Of a stretch of DNA of 64,000 nucleotides, positions 1 to 11,735 are shown one piece after another. The notes under the pieces were generated by a model. It was not told where the DNA came from, did not search any database, and was given only the letters and a program-made list of their open reading frames with translations. Each line of letters opens with the position of its first letter. Position 1 is the first letter of the stretch. The translations under genes and the position numbers were made by a program. Origin of the DNA: Octopus vulgaris (lineage: Eukaryota). The stretch lies in the NCBI GenBank assembly GCA_951406725.2, contig OX597830.1, positions 43,958,001 to 44,022,000 of the forward strand, in the 5' to 3' direction.

Positions 1-399
1 TTAGGTGTGTACATTCATATCCCTCACACAACAAAAACTTTGTGTACTTGCAGTTGTGCTGTAAATATTTTGGCAAAAACAAGGCTTACAATGCCTAGAG
101 AATCTCAGTCATTCCCTAAAACTAGATGGCTGCCAGTCACCCAGCAGTAAATTGTTATAAAATAGCAGTCTGTTGAACAAAGGATACTTTTGTGTAATCA
201 CTCAACCCTCAAACTTCCCAGCCTCCCAAACAGGAGCTGATTCTTTTTGTTCTTTATCAAAATATTCTCCAGTTTTTCTTTCTCTCCTTTTCTAAAAAAT
301 GATGGCTCTTAAGACAGAACTTGCTTGGAGAAAGCATTCAACTTCACTGTCTGCTTTGCATCCAGCTTGGTGAATCTCCTCCAAGTCAACCCTTCCACT

Positions 400-1400
400 C
401 CACCCCATATATCCCAAGTGCAGAAATATCTTCAGTAGCTTCAAACAAGGCCACTGACCCTGCTTATTTCGTTTCCATTACACTCAGTGTGCACCACATA
501 TTGCTCCTCTGTTCATCAAACTCTTTAACTCTTGCTCTCTACATATAGATTCTGCACATCCCATTCCAAAGAAAGGCAACTATCATCCTGTTGCTCTCAC
601 ATCTAACATCACTGATGAAGACTGCCTTTAAAAATGACCTTCAACACCAATCTTTCCACCTCACTGACCACCAAAACAGCTTCCACAAAGTTAGTCCCAG
701 TGGAGACATATTCACTTTAAAAAGCTTTGAAAGCAGTGTCATTATTTTGGACAAAGCAAAGCTTTTGACCAGCTCTAAAATGCAAATATTCCCACCTGTA
801 GGCTGCATCCACCCCTTTTCTGCCTAGCAGATCATACCATTGCAGCACATGTTGACCAATCACTTCCTATACATTAATGACCTCTACTTAATGTCACATC
901 CAACCATGCTCACTCTAATGCAAATAACATAACACTTCATTTCTTCAACCATACATAATCCACACGCACCAACCCGCTTCTGGTTCTATAAATGGAGACC
1001 TCAAGACCATCTTTTAGTCAATCCTTTCCACTATCTTTTAACAGCAAAAGAACTCCAACACTACACATATCTAGAAAAACACCACTGCACTACGTAGACC
1101 TAAACAAGCAACACTCAACTAGAGCCGTAGCAATTGCTCCAAATGTGAGGCATTACTAGTACCGATGATTCTTCCAAATGAAAGCACATCTTTAGCATAG
1201 CTAGGATCCCAAACTGAGCCTTCTCTCTAAAGCAAGAAAATATTTCACCTTTAGACAGTCACTGATGCTCAACAGGATACTGCTCCCACATACTCAGACC
1301 TGGACTTCTTGACTGATTGGCATAAAATCGCTAACTGATGCACCTCAGCTCTCTAGGAGCTGGCAAGTCATTTCACCCTTGTTGAATCCACTCCATCCCC
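400..1400 (+). mobile_element. Decayed CR1/Jockey-type LINE reverse transcriptase relic
   Basis: Frameshifted RT motifs in the expected order: KKG.NYHPVALTS (~570-606), LTDHQNSFHKVSPSGDI (cf. LSDxQYGFRxGRSTGD), VIILD.SKAFD (~738-769), FLYINDL (~863-884), LSKARKYF and YCSHI. Confidence 0.8.
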
Positions 1401-1487
1401 TCGTTTTGCTCCTATTTTACTTGGGTGGACCATCATAGCCATTCTGTTTTAAAAATCCTATTGTATTTATATAATTTGGAATTCTTA

Positions 1488-1680
1488 TCATCATTTAACG
1501 GCTGGTATGGGTTGGATGGTTTGACAGAAGCAGGCAAGGTAGAAAACTGTACCAGGTTTCACTGTCTGTTTTTGCAGGATTTTTTTTTACAGCTGGATGC
1601 CCTTCCAAATGCCAACCACTTTACAGTGAAGACTGGATGCATTTTATGTGGCACTTGCACTGACAGGGTCACCAAGTACC
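1488..1680 (-). mobile_element. SINE family C fragment
   Basis: catcatttaacg...gggttggatggtttgac...cagctggatgcccttcc matches other family C copies in the window. Confidence 0.75.
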
Positions 1681-2573
1681 TTGCAAAACAAAGAACCTTT
1701 GGGAGGAGGTAATCTTGTACCAGATGATATACGGTTATTAGAGTGTGACAAAGAGACAGGAAAGGGAGGTGTTGCTGTAGAGGAGATACATGGTTATCCA
1801 GTCAGAGGAAGAGAGTGGGAGATAGGAAGAGTAGAGAAGAAGGCAGGAGGGAGATGATGGCAAACAGCTGAGGCATACTCACAAGGAACAGTAATCAGAA
1901 GAATTTAAATGGGATGGTGTCGTAGAGCAAGAGAGAGAGCTAGATGGGTGATGAAGTGCCAGGGCATACCCTCACGGTATGGGGGTTAGAGTATAAATGG
2001 TAGAGTATTACCAAAGGGAGTAGAGACTTCACCTGAATGCAAAGAGTGTGGTGGTGAGGTGCAGTGGCTGATGAATCCTGGATATATAGAGGGGCTAGGA
2101 GACAAGAGGATAGCAATGATACAGTGAGGACAGAATTCAGGAGAGAGATAAGCATTGGTATAGTGCATGAAAAAGAAGATATGTGAGGAAGAGAAGAGAT
2201 GTAGTTTGGTTTGTTGGGGTAAAGTGTGTGCAAAGTTGTATTGTTGTTACATGTCGGTGGAACGCACAGCACTTCTCAAACACTTTTTAGCTGAAGTGGG
2301 TGGGTCATCTCAAGAACTTCACATCTCAGTCTATTATCATCCCTTCCATGAGGCCCAACATCCTAAGATTGGTCTTCACTGCTTCATTCCATGTCTTCCT
2401 GGTTCTCTCTCTTCCACAGGTGTCATCCACTCTCAGTGATCAGCACTTCTTTATACACCTGTCTTCATTCCTACTCATCTCATGTCTAAACCAACGAAAT
2501 ATTTTCTCTTGCATGCTGCATCTGATTTCTCTTATGCCTAACTTCTCTCTCAACACATTTGCACTTTGTTGTA

Positions 2574-2916
2574 CAGTAATCCCTCACCATGTCACAGTTT
2601 ATTATCTAAGCTTACATCTATTCCTCTGCATTTATTATTTTATTATTCTATAATAAAATAAATATATACAAATTATAAGAATAATTTTTAAAATGTACAG
2701 TACAGTACTTGGCGTTAGGAGGGGCATCCAGCTGTGGAAACATTGCCGGATAGGAATGGGGCCTTCTGGCTCGCCAGCACTCAGTCAAACCGTCCAACCC
2801 ATGACAGCAGGGAAAGCGGACGTTAAACGATGATGAGTACTGTTTCTACTTCACAGATTTTCACTTGTCGCGCGGGGTTTTGGAACGTAACACCCGCGAT
2901 AGTCGAGGGATTACTG
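2574..2916. mobile_element. pogo/Tigger-like MITE carrying a nested SINE
   Basis: TIRs cagtaatccctc / gagggattactg are flanked by TA on both sides; sister copies lie at 18605-18806 and 46095-46303. Confidence 0.85.
2710..2835 (+). mobile_element. 5'-truncated SINE family C inserted in the MITE
   Basis: tggcgttaggaggggcatccagc...gacgttaaacgatgatg, with TSD agtact at 2704-2709 and 2836-2841. Confidence 0.85.
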
Positions 2917-3710
2917 TATATGCACACTGATGTTGCACATTCAACGGAGCATACTACTTTCATTCCTCTCTAGTGTACGCATGTCTACTACAATGAAGTA
3001 TAGCCGTTCGTACATAACCATCATACAATCTACCTTTTACTCTGAGAGAGAGAGATCTTTGCTGTCAACAGAGCAAATAGTTCTGTATTTTTTGAAAATT
3101 GCTAGAATGTTTCGTGTATAACCAATTTATTACACATAATTTTTTTTTTAACAAAAGCTTGTACAAACCCCGCTTCAGAACCACTGAAAAGCAAATGCAG
3201 AAATCGGTATAAACGACTATTCCTCTTTCTAAGTATGTTGTCGAGTTATGACTAATGGTAGATAACTCTTGATATATATAATAAGAGTTAACTCCCTGAA
3301 AACAGGGAGGGCTAACTTTCAATAAAAACTAAAGGTTGATCAAAGCGATGAAAATATTTTGACAAATTAGATTTAACGTGATTTAAGTGAATCTAACGGT
3401 TTTTGTGTGTTTTTAAATGGCTTATGAACACCTTCCACGCAGCAATGTTTATCTTGAATTTCAAAATTTCTTTTTAGGAAAATGCGTTATTGTTAGTAAA
3501 TGACTCGATGTTGTATTTTAAACAATTGCTGAACCTGAATTATATAATGTAGACAAGATATTGGATAATTGTCCGTGAATAGCACATGTCGGTTTCCTCT
3601 CTCTACCTAGCTGACCTGTTATACTTCTGCCGCATGTGGTCAGATAATTAGAACGAAGGGTTTTATCTATTTATCGATTCTCTATAGTGGTTTGCTAATC
3701 CTTTGAAGAA

Positions 3711-3885
3711 AGGTGACGAGCTGGCAGAATCGTTAACACGTCAGGTAAATGCTAAGCGGCATTTCGGCCGGTTATATGTTTTGAGTTGAAATTCCACTGA
3801 GGTTGCCTTTCATCCTTTCTAAATCGATAAAATACGTACCAGTTGAATACGGTATTGCTGACCTTGTGCCAAAATTAGAAATCAG
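3711..3885 (+). mobile_element. tRNA-derived SINE family A
   Basis: Head aaggtgacgagctggcagaatcg (A-box-like), gagttgaaattcc (B-box-like), and body gcctttcatcctttc...gataaaatacgtaccag. Confidence 0.8.
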
Positions 3886-5014
3886 TTTCTTAAAATGGAA
3901 GGACACAATGAATTACGTTCTAAATACAGTGAGGCTGGATAAGATGACGGTCGTAGCTAGAATGGCAATCAGAGCTTAAACAACCACAAGGAAGGATGTT
4001 GGTCTCAGAAAGAGCGAATGATCTAAATTTTTAGATCAATTGGAACCAATAAATTTTTTTGACAAGACATCTCTATTGCAAATAGTATGTAAATTGGTCT
4101 ATCAAACTTGCTCAAGGCATAATTCTCGTAGCCAAGTTTCAAATCTCATTTCGAGTTAAAGCCATTCTGTTATAGCAATTTCTGTTGCAATATTAAACTT
4201 CAGTTGGACGTAACCACAATATAAATATCGTTGTGTCCTTGTGTGAACTTCGCTGCTGTCATTCAATCTGATAGACGAAGCACCTTCATCGAATCACAGT
4301 CAGTAAGAGAAACTTTTATACCAAGAGTGGGGAATACCTTCGCCTGCATTTTAATGTGAGACTATCCGGTGACAAAGTCTCTGAAAATCCATATGCGAAA
4401 TCAGTGGCGGCTCGTAGAGGGGTGCTGCTTCAGAAAATGTTTAGCTGTTGTTTTAATATTGTGTAAAAGGAAACAAAAACATATAAAAAGAAAATTTATA
4501 CATAAACTTGATCAGCTCGCGTTTTAGTCACAGCCGGGTAGTGTGTTTAATTTGTTCACTGAACCACCGTGAATTCCCCCTTGTTTTTCATAAATCCCCA
4601 CTTAATCACAAAATAAGGGGGCGGGGAATGTGCCCTATTTTTCAAATCCTGGCAGCAACACTGAAGCTAGAAGCAAGATAATAATCTAATTCTACACTTT
4701 ATCACATTCAAGAATATAAACACGTTTTCAAGCGCAATAAACGCGGAGTCAAGAAGAAACACTAACTTTCACCCGGCACTGTCGTTCACGCAGTACTCTC
4801 TCTCTCTCTAGCGTGAAGCTTCCTATCTCAGACATGCGAACGTTTAGTCACTCTAGGGCATTAACAAGGTTCCTCACATTTGTTTTATGTGGTTGTTTCA
4901 CCTGCTAGAAATAGCAACCAAATCTCAAATTTCACTCTACTTTCTTAAACATAGACGGATGGATAGCCCAAGACACATTATATACGAAAAGACATTGAAA
5001 ACAACATTTTTTTT

Positions 5015-5366
5015 TTGCTATAAACAAAGGCCTGAAATTTTGACGGGCGAGGGTTTAGTCCATTACATCGATCCCAATGCCCAACTGGTACCTATTTCAT
5101 CGACTCCGAAAGGATAAAAGGTAAAGTCGACTTCGGTGGAATTTGAACTCAGCACGTAAAAGGAGAACCAAACGTAGCTAAACATTTTGTCCGGCAGAGC
5201 CCAAGACACTGAGGACAAATATCCTTTTCTACTCTAGGCACAAGGTCCGAAATTTGGGGACAGAGGGCCAGTCGATTAGATCGACCTCAGTACGCAACTG
5301 GTACTTACTTTGTCGACCCCGAAAGGATGAAAGGCAAAGTTGACCTCGACAGAATTTGACCTCAGA
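5015..5366 (-). mobile_element. Two adjacent SINE family A copies
   Basis: The second copy (5224-5366) is 5'-truncated and flanked by a 16-bp TSD actgaggacaaatatc (5208-5223, 5367-5382). Confidence 0.85.
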
Positions 5367-6337
5367 ACTGAGGACAAATATCAAAAGACAAAATACAATA
5401 AACAAGCTTGGTGGGTTGATGGGTAGGGGTACGTCGGTGAAAAAGAAATCTAACAATGATAAAGATATAACAAGATACTAAAATAAAATTAAAAAAACAT
5501 CTTACTATAATGGGCATGGTGGAAGGAAGCTGTGGCTTTCGTTAGGAGTGGTCCACATACCCATTCATGATACAAAGGCTGGGAGCTTATTTCAGTTCGG
5601 GAGTGAATCGTCATCACATGTCACTTTGTTGCAAATACATGTCATATAGTTGCAATAGACTGCAGGATCATCAACAATAATGCGATTTCTCTAAGACACC
5701 ACACAGTAATCTATCAAGTCCATTTACACATTTTTCAATATATATTGCTGTTATGACGTTCCTCCCTCATTTTATGCCTCCATCGTAGATGGGTAGATTT
5801 GCTAGTCAAAAGAATAATGGCTTTCTAATTTAAACGCAGGGATGCATTCGAGCAGAACTAAACGGGAGTGAAGCAAAAACCTCTACCATACTGTCTTAAA
5901 CAACGGAGCTAACATGTTTTGTTTGAATAGAGAAATCTAATCTCCGTCTGTTTATCCGTCACGACATCTATTAGCGGAAGGGAACGATGGGGAGGAATCA
6001 AAATATGTCACAATGTATTTTTAGAAGAGGAGAGAAAATGGTGAAAGAGAAATACAGTGAATATGTGTGTGTGTCTTTCACATAGACATCGCTGCTAGCG
6101 GGGATATCGTTGCTACTTCCAACGATTGAGCATCTACCATTGACAAGACCAAGGAAGGCTGAAATATCACGTGCTCTGGTAGTTCTTACGGCGACGATGG
6201 CGGAGATTATCTCCCGTTAGCGATATACACAAAGTGCTTATATGCACCAAAAGTCCACATGAAAGTTTTTCTCACTGGCAACTATCAAAGTATTGTGTGT
6301 ACTGTCTCACCATCCACACTTAAGTTTTGATAAATAT

Positions 6338-6342
<5 letters not shown>

Positions 6343-6393
<51 letters not shown>
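6343..6393. repeat. (TA)n microsatellite
   Basis: Directly visible run. Confidence 0.95.
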
Positions 6394-6399
<6 letters not shown>

Positions 6400-6481
6400 T
6401 GAGGAAGGCTGCTCTATATCTTAGAGTGTGTTCTTTCGGATTTATGTCTTTTTACAGATGATATATATGTGTGCGTATGTG

Positions 6482-6630
6482 TTTCTTTGTTTCCGTCAAC
6501 TAAATCCACTCATAAAGCTTTACTCGGCTCGGGGTTACAGTAAAAGATACTTCCCAAGGTGCTGTGCAGTGGAACTAAACCTGGAAACGTGATTGGGAAA
6601 CAGAGTTCTTGCTACATAGCCACAGCGGCT
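6482..6630 (-). mobile_element. SINE family B head
   Basis: tttccgtcaactaaatccactcataaagc...cccaaggtgc...cacagc matches family B copies. Confidence 0.75.
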
Positions 6631-6823
6631 AAAAACAAACTCATTTACAGGAAAACATAAGTGACCGATGCATGAAATGAGATTTGTGGATAGTTTTTAA
6701 CAATCTCTAAATTTGTTGCGCCATGCATGCTAATGAAGATATGATATAAATCATCGCTAGTCCCAGAGCATTCTTCGCTCTTCCAGTAGTCTGTGTATGG
6801 ATGCTGTCATTATTTGAAGCAAC

Positions 6824-7040
6824 AAGGCAGTAGCTGGCAGAATTGTCGGCATGCTGGATGAACTGCTTAGCAGTATTTCGCCCGCTGCTACGTTTTGAGT
6901 TCAAATTGCGCCGTTGTTGACTTTACCTTTCATCCTTTCAGGGTCGATAAATTAAGTACCAGTTGAGTACCGAGGTCGAGGTAATTGACTATCCCCTTCC
7001 CCAAATTTTAGGCCTTCTGCCTATAATAGGAAGGATTATT
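6824..7040 (+). mobile_element. SINE family A, near full length
   Basis: aaggcagtagctggcagaattg...gagttcaaatt...gggtcgataaattaagtacc...gcctataatagg. Confidence 0.85.
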
Positions 7041-7599
7041 TGGAGCAACAAAATTGAGCGAATGTTCGACAACTTCATGAGTATATAGGTCACCATATAG
7101 GAAACCCAAACATCGGATGGTTTATAGAATGTTGATATGTCACTGTTCCACTTCCGCTTTCTATCGCATTTTGCTTTCACCTCTTTGCGACGGTAAATAG
7201 CATGGTAGCCGAAGTTTGTTGCTTAGTTTCTCCGAAGAAGGAAAACAAAATCCTTTTGTCGAGTTGTTAGCAACTTTCAAAGAAAAGAGATAATTTCAAA
7301 GCAATTGAGATTTATTTTACATAAAATTAAATTTTCTGTGAAAGTAATTCTTAATACAACACGTATATTTAAACGAGAATATATCTGTGACGTTTGCATA
7401 TTTTCCAAGGACACGAAGACACTAAATGAAATTAAATGGGTTCAACCGAAATTTGATCACATAACACTCCTCTCTTGTATTATAGTATATTTACGTCATA
7501 TCAACACGTTTTAACTGTGTGTGTGGGCACGAGCACGAATCTACGAACCTCTAGGCCTTTGAGGCATTCTATAATTTCTAGCGATTAGTAAATAAATGT

Positions 7600-7780
7600 T
7601 TTCAAATTTTGGCACAAGGCCAGTAGTTTCTGAGGGAAGGGAACAAGTCGATTACATCGATTCCGAAAGGATGAAAGGCAAAGTCAATCTCGGAGGAAAT
7701 TTCAACTCAGAACATGAAAACGGACGAAACACCGCTTAGCATTTTGCCCAGCGTGCTAACGATTTCTCCAGCTTGCCGCT
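7600..7780 (-). mobile_element. SINE family A
   Basis: ttttggcacaaggcc...gaaaggatgaaaggcaaagtc...ccagcttgccgc. Confidence 0.8.
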
Positions 7781-8722
7781 TTTATGCCGATTATTAATTT
7801 GAATATACACACACACGCTCGTTCTGAGTTTTATTTACCTGTTTTCATCACCAAACCCCGCGCTCTCTCTCTACCTATCTGTCTATGCATATAAGGATTT
7901 TAATAATTTGGTTTATCATGTGACACGTTGGTAAATCACATCATGTCACATTGATATTATAAAGAGAATAAATTGTTTTCGTTTAAACCACTTGGCAGTC
8001 TCTCCTAACCAGATAACTCTGCAACACTATTTTAAAAAAAATATTACGTGACAAGTAATAACTTAAACATAGATTACACGAGGATTACAAATACAACATT
8101 AATTTTTGCATAATTTCCTCATTAAAAAAAATACAAATTTTAAAAAAATAATAACCCGGGAAAATAAATAAAACGAAGCATTCATAAAGCACGAGGAGAT
8201 CATAATAATAACAGCAGCAGCTGTCAGATGTTTTTCAATTGAAGCGACGGCTCTTCCATTTTGCGGAGTACTTCCTACGAAGTTAAGAGAAATAAAATAG
8301 CGTTTCCGGAGAATACCGAAAGCTAAAGTCGGCTGTTCTCGTTGACCTGTTGAGGTTGTATGACCTAATAAAGTGTTTGTAAATAAACTTGGTAAATAAA
8401 TATGAAAAATTTCGGTAACACCCTTTTGTCGTCGAGTCTACGCTGTCGGATGTTTATTTATTATTTAAGAATCATGAGGAAGATAGATAGTGAATAACAA
8501 TACAAATATATATATATATATATATATATTTACACATAAATTCACTCAGATCTACATATATATATACAAACATACACACATTACACACATACGTAGATAT
8601 ATTTATACACACGTACACGCGCTCGCACACACATTTTTATTCTTTTTCTCTTATTGGTTTCAAGCAGAGGCTGGTGCCATGCTGGGGCACCACCTTTAAA
8701 ACGAAAGCAGAGCAGCTACTGG

Positions 8723-8733
8723 ATATATGTATG

Positions 8734-8789
<56 letters not shown>
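8723..8789. repeat. (TA)n microsatellite
   Basis: Directly visible run. Confidence 0.95.
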
Positions 8790-8791
<2 letters not shown>

Positions 8792-9183
8792 GTATATTAT
8801 AGAAACAATGCGGAAAATATGATGAAATAAGTATGCTAATGAGTTATTTACTACAATTTATATATATATACATTTCATTTAATTTCCTCTGCAACCTTGG
8901 TGGTTCTTTGGTTAAAGCAACACGACGACTACTGTATATCGATCGGCATCAGAGAAAGTAGATATTGGTGGTAAAGTTAACCACGAGATAATGTCGTGTG
9001 GGGGTGGGGACGGAGTCGGGGTGGCACTAGTGAAATGCTTTTCTGAAATGTAATTTCGATTTAAATCTTTGCTGCAATATTTTTTGCTTAATCAATACCT
9101 ATTTCTGTCTTTTCAAAATAAAAAGAAAAAAAAATTATACCTCGAACAGTCGAGTAACTTGATCTATGCTAAATATTTAAAAT

Positions 9184-9184
<1 letters not shown>

Positions 9185-9222
<38 letters not shown>

Positions 9223-9255
9223 GTCTGTCTGTCTGTCTATCTGTCTGTCTGTCTC
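9185..9255. repeat. (TCTA)n/(TCTG)n compound microsatellite
   Basis: Directly visible run; it explains ORF 9069-9494. Confidence 0.95.
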
Positions 9256-9966
9256 TTTTCTCACTGTGTCTGTTTCTCTCCGTGTCTGTCTACCTGTCTC
9301 TCCCACTCTCTCTCTCTACGTCTGTCTATCGGTCGCTATCTCTCTATTTGTCTATTTCTTCTTCCCCCTCCACCTCGCTGTGTTATATAGTCATTCATAT
9401 AAACGAGAATAGTGAGGGCGTAATTCAAGGGAAGGCTTCCCTTACAATCTATTTAGTTGTGTGTAGCAGCAGCAACTCCTGCTTAAGCAGATGATCAAAA
9501 TCGAAAGGAGTAAGAAAAGTCGTCATACTGAAAACGTAGAGATAGAAGAGTACCCGAGACCCTTAGCCGTGACGCGTTTTTGGTTGCAGAACCAAATAAT
9601 TGATTGTACTATCTCTATTGAGATGCTACTACCGCTAAGATTTAAAGGCTGCATATTTAAAGCCTTTATATAGCAGATATATGATCAGAGGCGCTCCAAC
9701 TGTGACCATCCTTCTTTTGCATATTTATGATACATTGTCCAATGTAACCCGCTTTGCTTTTTTAGGGTAGTAACTAAACCTTACGTAAAATTCCCAGAAA
9801 ATGATTTTACTGTAATAAACATCTGCAATACAGGTGCGAAAAAAAAAAAGAAAGAAAGAAAGAAAGAAAGAATTGGCTGCTGCTTCTAATAGGTCGAGCC
9901 ACTAAGCAGAAATTCCATAGTGTTCTCGTCCTGGTATTACAGTTTCTTCAGTCCCAGTTTATTCTT

Positions 9967-10699
9967 AGGCATACCTACACAAGTGTGCCCACATCAATTT
10001 TGTTTCCTCAAAACTTTCAGAAAAAAAATTATATTTTTTAATGAAATTTTATACGAATGCGCTTCAGATGGTGTAGATTCCGATTATATTGGAATTTGTT
10101 ATGGAAAAAGAAATTTTCCTGTGAAAATTTACGAGTCGGCTTTGTTTCCTCATAACTTTCATAAAAAATGGGGATGTTTAAATAAATTTTTCAACAAATA
10201 TCTTTCAGAGTGTATAAATTACGATCATATCGGAATTTAATATGACAGAAAAAAAAAAAGAAAACAAACAAATTGGTGGACTCGCGCACACGCATACTAA
10301 CACACATCACATATCTACAAAATGAAACTTGAAATTTCGAAAACGGCTGCGATGTGAGTCAGTATGTATGTGTGCGTGTTCACCATTAAAAAAATTTTTT
10401 TTTTTCATATTAAACCCCATTACAATTATTATCTACACACTCTGAAAGGTAACTGTTGAAATTTTTACTTAAAAATCCCCATTTTTCTGAAAGTCATGAG
10501 GAAACAAAGCCGACTCGCGTAAATTTTCCGAAACCCTTCCCCCAACTCGCAGAAAATTCTTTTTTATTACAAATTCCGATATAATCGGAATCAACACCAT
10601 CTGAATCGTATTTGTAGAAAATTTCACTAAAAAATATCCATTTTTCTGGATGTTATGAGGAAACAAAATCAAAGGGAACACATTTGTGTAGATACGCCC
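9967..10699. mobile_element. Foldback-type non-autonomous DNA transposon with very long TIRs
   Basis: The left end ggcatacctacacaagtgtg matches the reverse complement of the right end cacatttgtgtagatacgcc. The arms stay imperfectly complementary for about 340 bp, and attctt is duplicated at 9961-9966 and 10700-10705. Confidence 0.85.
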
Positions 10700-10974
10700 A
10701 TTCTTGATCATGTTGACCTATGATCAAAGACATTCCAGCGATGCTCATCCCTTCTTGTTTTTATTGTTTTAGGTACAGTGTACCGAGGCCTATATTACTC
10801 AACGTGTTCTCAAAACCCTTTTTTTTTTAAAAGACGGTAACGTTTGATATGAAGGAATGACCCCTTAGAAACTCCCTCGTTGGTTTCTATTGTAAACAGC
10901 TTCATAAAATAGCTGAAGTATTGTGGGAGCTTTGCAGCCTAAAGACGCAAATGTAGTGCCATGAAAATAACCTT

Positions 10975-11185
10975 GTTTTTGTTTAGCTCCCCCAGCTCAA
11001 CTCTGACGAGCAGATCTAAGATCAAAGGCGTTATAGCCATATCCATCTCGGAATTAAAAAAAAAATTTTATAACAGTGGCCAATTTATCCGATGTCTTTC
11101 GCCTTTAAATTTTAAAGATATGGGGTGATTTGAGGGAGGTTTGGCTGATATTTCAAGTAGGTCGACCGACTCCGTGGAGGCTTCC
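10975..11185. repeat. Dispersed repeat family D (representative copy)
   Basis: gagcagatctaagatcaaaggc...gtgatttgagggaggtttggctgatatttc; related copies lie near 9670-9905, 10705-10860, 13190-13480, 20770-20980, 37090-37200 and 50615-50780. Confidence 0.7.
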
Positions 11186-11708
11186 TCGCAAAGTGTGGTA
11201 ATGAGAAAATGTGATGCAGTGTAGAGAAATTCCGATATTTCATGCTTCGTGTTGATACTGCTTTACGTTTCAAGAATTCATTTATTTTTTTAAACATTCT
11301 TTATTGTTTATTTTGGTCCTTCCGTCTGGCAACACATTGATGTAGAAAGACTGCCACACACTGTTGCTGCTACTTTTTCTGGGTTATTCTTCGTATATTG
11401 TTACCATCACTAAGTCAATGCTGTTTCCATTATTTTAAGCGGAAAGTTAACGATATTTTTAATAGCTTTCGTTTGTTTATTAAAAGCTCTCTGTATATTT
11501 CGACCCTGATTGATATTATATAAAGGATGCTATACTCACAACAGTAGTGCAAATACTGGAATCTTAATCCCCCTATTTTAGAATTATAATATTGATATAA
11601 ATACTACGTAACTACAATTCTATAGAGTTCTAATTACATCTAAGCTTAATGTTTTTATTTGATTGTTGCGGAAGTAAAAGCGATATAGACGGACAAATTT
11701 CCGTCTGT

Positions 11709-11735
11709 TGACGTCACGACTTCAGCATGACTCAT
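11709..11735. promoter_or_regulatory. Adjacent CRE (TGACGTCA) and AP-1 (ATGACTCAT) sites
   Basis: Perfect consensus matches at 11709-11716 and 11727-11735 in non-repeat, CpG-retaining DNA; function is untested. Confidence 0.35.

Larger units (their letters stand above)
2250..2945 (-). mobile_element. RTE-type LINE 3' relic interrupted by a MITE
   Basis: Minus-strand translation gives MCNISVH|VQQSANVLREKLGIREIRCSMQE...GRERTRKTWNEAVK, typical of an RTE C-terminus; it is split at a TA by the MITE. Confidence 0.7.

Noticed and set aside
3711-3800. tRNA-like A/B boxes here and in many other copies
   Set aside because: These are SINE heads followed by SINE bodies; I see no cloverleaf or acceptor stem.
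8925-8960. Minus-strand ctctgatgccgatcgatatacag as a hammerhead
   Set aside because: Both core boxes are defective and there is no stem II.
9069-9494. 141-aa ORF
   Set aside because: It is held open by (TCTA)n/(TCTG)n microsatellite and encodes a low-complexity peptide.
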